This document shows, piece after piece, positions 60,657 through 64,000 of a stretch of 64,000 nucleotides of DNA. Numbering within the stretch: position 1 is the stretch's first letter; each line of letters starts with the position of its first letter. The stretch is taken from NCBI GenBank assembly GCA_002343395.1, contig DDSN01000143.1:2873-66872 (forward strand). The letters run 5' to 3'. The position numbers were made by a program, and so were the translations under genes. Below the pieces are notes generated by a model, which saw only the letters and a program-made list of their open reading frames with translations, had not been told where the DNA came from and ran no database searches. Source of the DNA: Hyphomonadaceae bacterium UBA2389. Its GTDB lineage: Bacteria > Pseudomonadota > Alphaproteobacteria > Caulobacterales > Aquidulcibacteraceae.

Positions 60657-61529
60657 CTAAGACGGCGGCACAGCCTCCGTGAGAAGCTCGGCGAACGCCT
60701 TCGCAAACGTGTGCGCGTCGCCGGGCCACCGCGCCGAGACATAGTTTCCGTCACGTACAACCCAGGCAGGGGTCGCATCCTCATCGCTGTCGCGCGCAAG
60801 ACCTGAAGACTTCCGCGTGTAGTGCGCGGCGTCCCGAGGCACATCCAGAAAATCAGCGGGCGACCGCAACGCGCGGGCGACTTCATGTTCTACGGAAGCA
60901 TACCCTGCCGGCTCGCCGGGGCGCTCGGTGTAGGTGCGGTAGTAGTTGGGGTCCCAGAAGCGCGTGATCCGCGCAATGCCATGCGCCGCGCGCTCAAGGC
61001 GCCACGTCAGAGCCGTGGTCTTGCGTCCGAATAGAACAGACCGCCCTGTACGCGGGTCAATGCTGCGCGCTGCGAGGACCACGCCATGACAGATTGCGCC
61101 GACCGGCCGTGCGGACTGAAAAAATGCGACGACGAGCGCTTGCAGCGTGGCGCTTTCCAAAAAGGCGCGCATTCCGCGCGCGCGATGCCCCCCCGGAAGC
61201 AGAAGCCCATCGAACGCCCCGACGTCTAAGGCGGCCCAGCGCAAGGGCGCCCCGAAAGCAGGTGAAGCCGCCATGGCGCGATAGGCGCTCCGAGCGTCGG
61301 CATTAGCGCCCAGTATGCGGCCAACCAAGGCGACTGTCTTGAAGCCAGGCGCAAACCCCCAGGGATCGAGGCCCTGGCCGCTCACCATGATATCGTCCGC
61401 TGCGCCCGGTTCGCCTGCGGGGGTGGCGAACACCACCTCGTGGCCCGCCTGCGTCAGAATACGCCACGGGATAGCGGTTTCCGTTGGATCGAAGTCGCGC
61501 GCCGGCAGCGGCATCAGAACCTTTGCCAT
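60657..61529 (-). CDS. DJ-1/PfpI (type 1 glutamine amidotransferase-like) protein
   Basis: DFDPTE, LPGGH, AICHG nucleophile elbow, VRDGNYVSARWPGD. Confidence 0.87.
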   Translation of the reverse strand: MAKVLMPLPARDFDPTETAIPWRILTQAGHEVVFATPAGEPGAADDIMVSGQGLDPWGFAPGFKTVALVGRILGANADARSAYRAMAASPAFGAPLRWAALDVGAFDGLLLPGGHRARGMRAFLESATLQALVVAFFQSARPVGAICHGVVLAARSIDPRTGRSVLFGRKTTALTWRLERAAHGIARITRFWDPNYYRTYTERPGEPAGYASVEHEVARALRSPADFLDVPRDAAHYTRKSSGLARDSDEDATPAWVVRDGNYVSARWPGDAHTFAKAFAELLTEAVPPS

Positions 61530-61572
61530 TGGGACTCAATCTCCGTGCCGAACGCCCGCCTGAATCGGACAC

Positions 61573-62631
61573 TCAGTTGGCCCGTTCTTCCGCCAACCTT
61601 TGCGCTTCGATTTGCCGCCAGCGCGCGACGGCCGCGTTGTGCTCGGCGATAGTCGCTGTGAATACGTGCCCGCCGCTGCCGTCCGCCACGAAGAAAAGCG
61701 CGTCGCTTTCCGCGGGATTGGCGACAGCCTCCATCGCCGCGCGTCCTGGGTTGGCGATCGGCGTCGGCGGCAAACCATCGATGCGATAGGTATTGTAGCC
61801 GGTGTCGAGCGCAATTTCGCTTTGGCGTATGGTGCGACGCTGGCCCTGGGCGTTCACCAGCCGGCCATCAACACATCGATCCGGATGCCGTTTGCAGACG
61901 CCGTAGATGATCGTGGAATCCATCTCCAAGCGCATAGGGCGGCGCAGCCGATTCATAATCACCGCCGCAACGAGCGGCCGTTCGCGCGCGACGCCAGTTT
62001 CGCGCTCCACGATCGACGCCAGATTGACCAGTTCCTCGGGCGAACGCACCGGCGTACCCGGCCTCCGGCCCGCCCAAATTTCCGCCAGCGCTTCGTCGTG
62101 AGCCGCGCGCATCTGACCAAGAAGCGCTTCGCGCGTCATGCCGCGCTGCACATGATAGGTCTCAGGAAGAACCGACCCTTCCGGCGGCGCCTCGGGCATC
62201 TCGCCCGTGAGCACGTCGCTCTCTTCAAGCACGCGCATTACGCCCGCGATCGTTATACCTTCCGGGAAGGTGATCGCGTGCTGAAGCGCTTCGCCGCTCG
62301 CCATCATCTCAACGATTTGGCGTACAGACGCGCGCGCTGGGATCCGGTACTCTCCAGCCTGCAGAGATGCGCCCCCCGCGTAGAGCCGGTTCGCCAGGCG
62401 AAACAGCAGGGCATTGCTGATGAGACCTTGAGCTTCAAGGTCGCTCGCGATCGACGCGCCGGTCGCGCCTCGCTCAACAATAAAAGTCGTGTCCTCAACC
62501 TTCGGACCAGCGCGCCCGACCGCGCTTGAAAAGAACGCAAAAGCGAAAATTGCCGCCGCGCCCGCCGCCACGGAAAGCCAAAGCAGAAACGAGAGCGCCC
62601 CTCCGTTTCGCCGACGCGCCGATTTCGCCAT
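61573..62631 (-). CDS. mltG: Endolytic transglycosylase MltG
   Basis: TM, LQAGEY, EGSVLPETY, LASIVERET, YNTY...GLPPTPIANPG, LFFVADG. Confidence 0.95.
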   Translation of the reverse strand: MAKSARRRNGGALSFLLWLSVAAGAAAIFAFAFFSSAVGRAGPKVEDTTFIVERGATGASIASDLEAQGLISNALLFRLANRLYAGGASLQAGEYRIPARASVRQIVEMMASGEALQHAITFPEGITIAGVMRVLEESDVLTGEMPEAPPEGSVLPETYHVQRGMTREALLGQMRAAHDEALAEIWAGRRPGTPVRSPEELVNLASIVERETGVARERPLVAAVIMNRLRRPMRLEMDSTIIYGVCKRHPDRCVDGRLVNAQGQRRTIRQSEIALDTGYNTYRIDGLPPTPIANPGRAAMEAVANPAESDALFFVADGSGGHVFTATIAEHNAAVARWRQIEAQRLAEERAN

Positions 62632-63911
62632 TACTCCACCGCTGTCAGGACAACAGCGGCGTTGGTGCCGCCGAAACCGAATGAATTCGACATCGCCGCT
62701 TTCACGCGCCGTTTCTTGGCGGTCAGCGGCGTCAAATCTATGGCGGTTTCGACGGAGGGATTCTCTAAATTCAGGGTCGGGGGGATGACGCCGTCACGGA
62801 TCGCGAGCGCGCAAAAAATCGCTTCAACCGCGCCGGCGGCGCCCAGCAGATGCCCGATCGCGGACTTCGTCGACGAGAGCGAGACATTGGCCGCGGAGGC
62901 TCCAAAAAGGCGCTCAACCGCACGCAGCTCTATTTCGTCGCCGAGCGGCGTGGAGGTGCCGTGCGCATTGATATAGTCGACGTCGGCAGGCGTAAGGCCC
63001 GCGTTCTTCAGCGCCGCGCTCATTGCACGGAAACCGCCATCGCCGTCCTCGGCGGGCGCCGTGATGTGATAGGCGTCGCCTGAAAGGCCGTAACCCTTCA
63101 CTTCGGCGTAGATCTTCGCGCCACGCGCTTTGGCGTGTTCGTATTCCTCCAGGACAACGACGCCCGCGCCTTCGCCCATGACAAAGCCGTCGCGATCCTT
63201 ATCATAGGGCCGCGAAGCGCGTTCAGGCGCGTCATTGAACCCGGTCGACATCGCACGCGCCGCGCAGAATCCCGCCATGCCGATGCGGCAGATCGATGCC
63301 TCCGCGCCACCCGCCACCATCACGTCAGCGTCGCCATACATAATGAGCCGCGCCGCATCGCCCACAGCGTGCGCTCCCGTCGCGCACGCTGTCACGACAG
63401 CGTGGTTAGGGCCCTTTAGTCCATAGCGAATGGAAACCTGTCCCGAGACGAGATTGATCAGGGCGCCGGGGATGAAGAAAGGACTGATCTTGCGCGGGCC
63501 TTCCCGGTCCAAGAGAAGGGAATTCGCCTCAATGGAATTGAGCCCGCCGATGCCTGAACCGATGAGAACGCCGGCTCGGCACTTTTGCTCTTCCGTCTCG
63601 GGTCGATAGCCGGAGTCGGCCATTGCCTCGTCAGCAGCGGCCATGCCAAGCACAATGAATTCGTCAACGCGGCGTTGCTCCTTGGGAGACATCGCTTTCG
63701 CTGGATCGAAAGCATGCGGATCGCCCGAACCGCCCCCGCGCCCGTCGATGCGCGGCACGATACAGGCGATCTGACAAGGCAGATCGTCGACCTTGATGTG
63801 CTCTATGCGCTTGGCGCCGGAGCGGCCCGCTAGGAGCCGCTCCCACGTCGCTTCACGCCCCGCCGCCAGCGGCGTGACCAGTCCGATTCCGGTGATAACG
63901 ACGCGCCTCAT
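62631..63911 (-). CDS. fabF: 3-oxoacyl-ACP synthase II
   Basis: RRVVITGIG, TACATG, NAHGTST, STKSAIGHLLGAAG, SNSFGFGG. Confidence 0.97.
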   Translation of the reverse strand: MRRVVITGIGLVTPLAAGREATWERLLAGRSGAKRIEHIKVDDLPCQIACIVPRIDGRGGGSGDPHAFDPAKAMSPKEQRRVDEFIVLGMAAADEAMADSGYRPETEEQKCRAGVLIGSGIGGLNSIEANSLLLDREGPRKISPFFIPGALINLVSGQVSIRYGLKGPNHAVVTACATGAHAVGDAARLIMYGDADVMVAGGAEASICRIGMAGFCAARAMSTGFNDAPERASRPYDKDRDGFVMGEGAGVVVLEEYEHAKARGAKIYAEVKGYGLSGDAYHITAPAEDGDGGFRAMSAALKNAGLTPADVDYINAHGTSTPLGDEIELRAVERLFGASAANVSLSSTKSAIGHLLGAAGAVEAIFCALAIRDGVIPPTLNLENPSVETAIDLTPLTAKKRRVKAAMSNSFGFGGTNAAVVLTAVE

Positions 63912-63926
63912 GTGCGCGGACAGGGC

Positions 63927-64000
63927 TTAGCCCTGCTTCTCCGTGATAAACTTCACGGCATCGCCGACGGTTTGGATGTGCTCGGCGGCGTCATCGGGAA
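63927..64000 (-). CDS. acpP: Acyl carrier protein, 3' end (truncated by window edge)
   Basis: Translates ...PDDAAEHIQTVGDAVKFITEKQG*, immediately upstream of fabF. Confidence 0.9.
   Translation of the reverse strand, partial: PDDAAEHIQTVGDAVKFITEKQG

Noticed and set aside
1-64000. CRISPR arrays, IS/integrase, prophage, defence genes, tRNA/rRNA
   Set aside because: No repeat-spacer periodicity, recombinase motifs, compositional island or RNA-gene signatures seen; intergenic gaps are short

Overview
GC-rich alphaproteobacterial chromosomal backbone; gene content and order resemble Caulobacterales/Hyphomonadales (inference). Contents in order: phaZ, senC-regB-regA, tyrS, AsmA/YhdP-like, bcp, M23 peptidase + bactofilin, prfB (programmed +1 frameshift), PBP1a, amiC, rne, M48/DsbA, secDF-yajC, LysM-LytM/pcm/surE, DUF2155-mlaD-NDUFA12, an NrdJ-derived protein, rnd, aspS, ppx-ppk, hdaA, purMN, ndk, two I78 inhibitors, holC-pepA, lptFGD-surA-pdxA-rsmA, gmk-yicC, mltG-fabF-acpP. 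I saw no mobile element, CRISPR array, tRNA or rRNA. The most interesting feature is an uninterrupted 909-aa class II ribonucleotide reductase homolog that appears to have lost its radical (NPCxE) motif but keeps a conserved C-terminal TSCPD/Zn-ribbon module and tandem NrdR-like boxes, i.e. a candidate regulated pseudo-enzyme. Also notable: a shared PhaR-type operator at phaZ and in the ndk promoter, an unannotated 38-aa Lys/Gly/Pro-rich small ORF, an orphan secreted gluzincin-like protein, and paired-Cys loops in several envelope proteins. All family calls are by-eye motif and synteny recognition; no searches were run.
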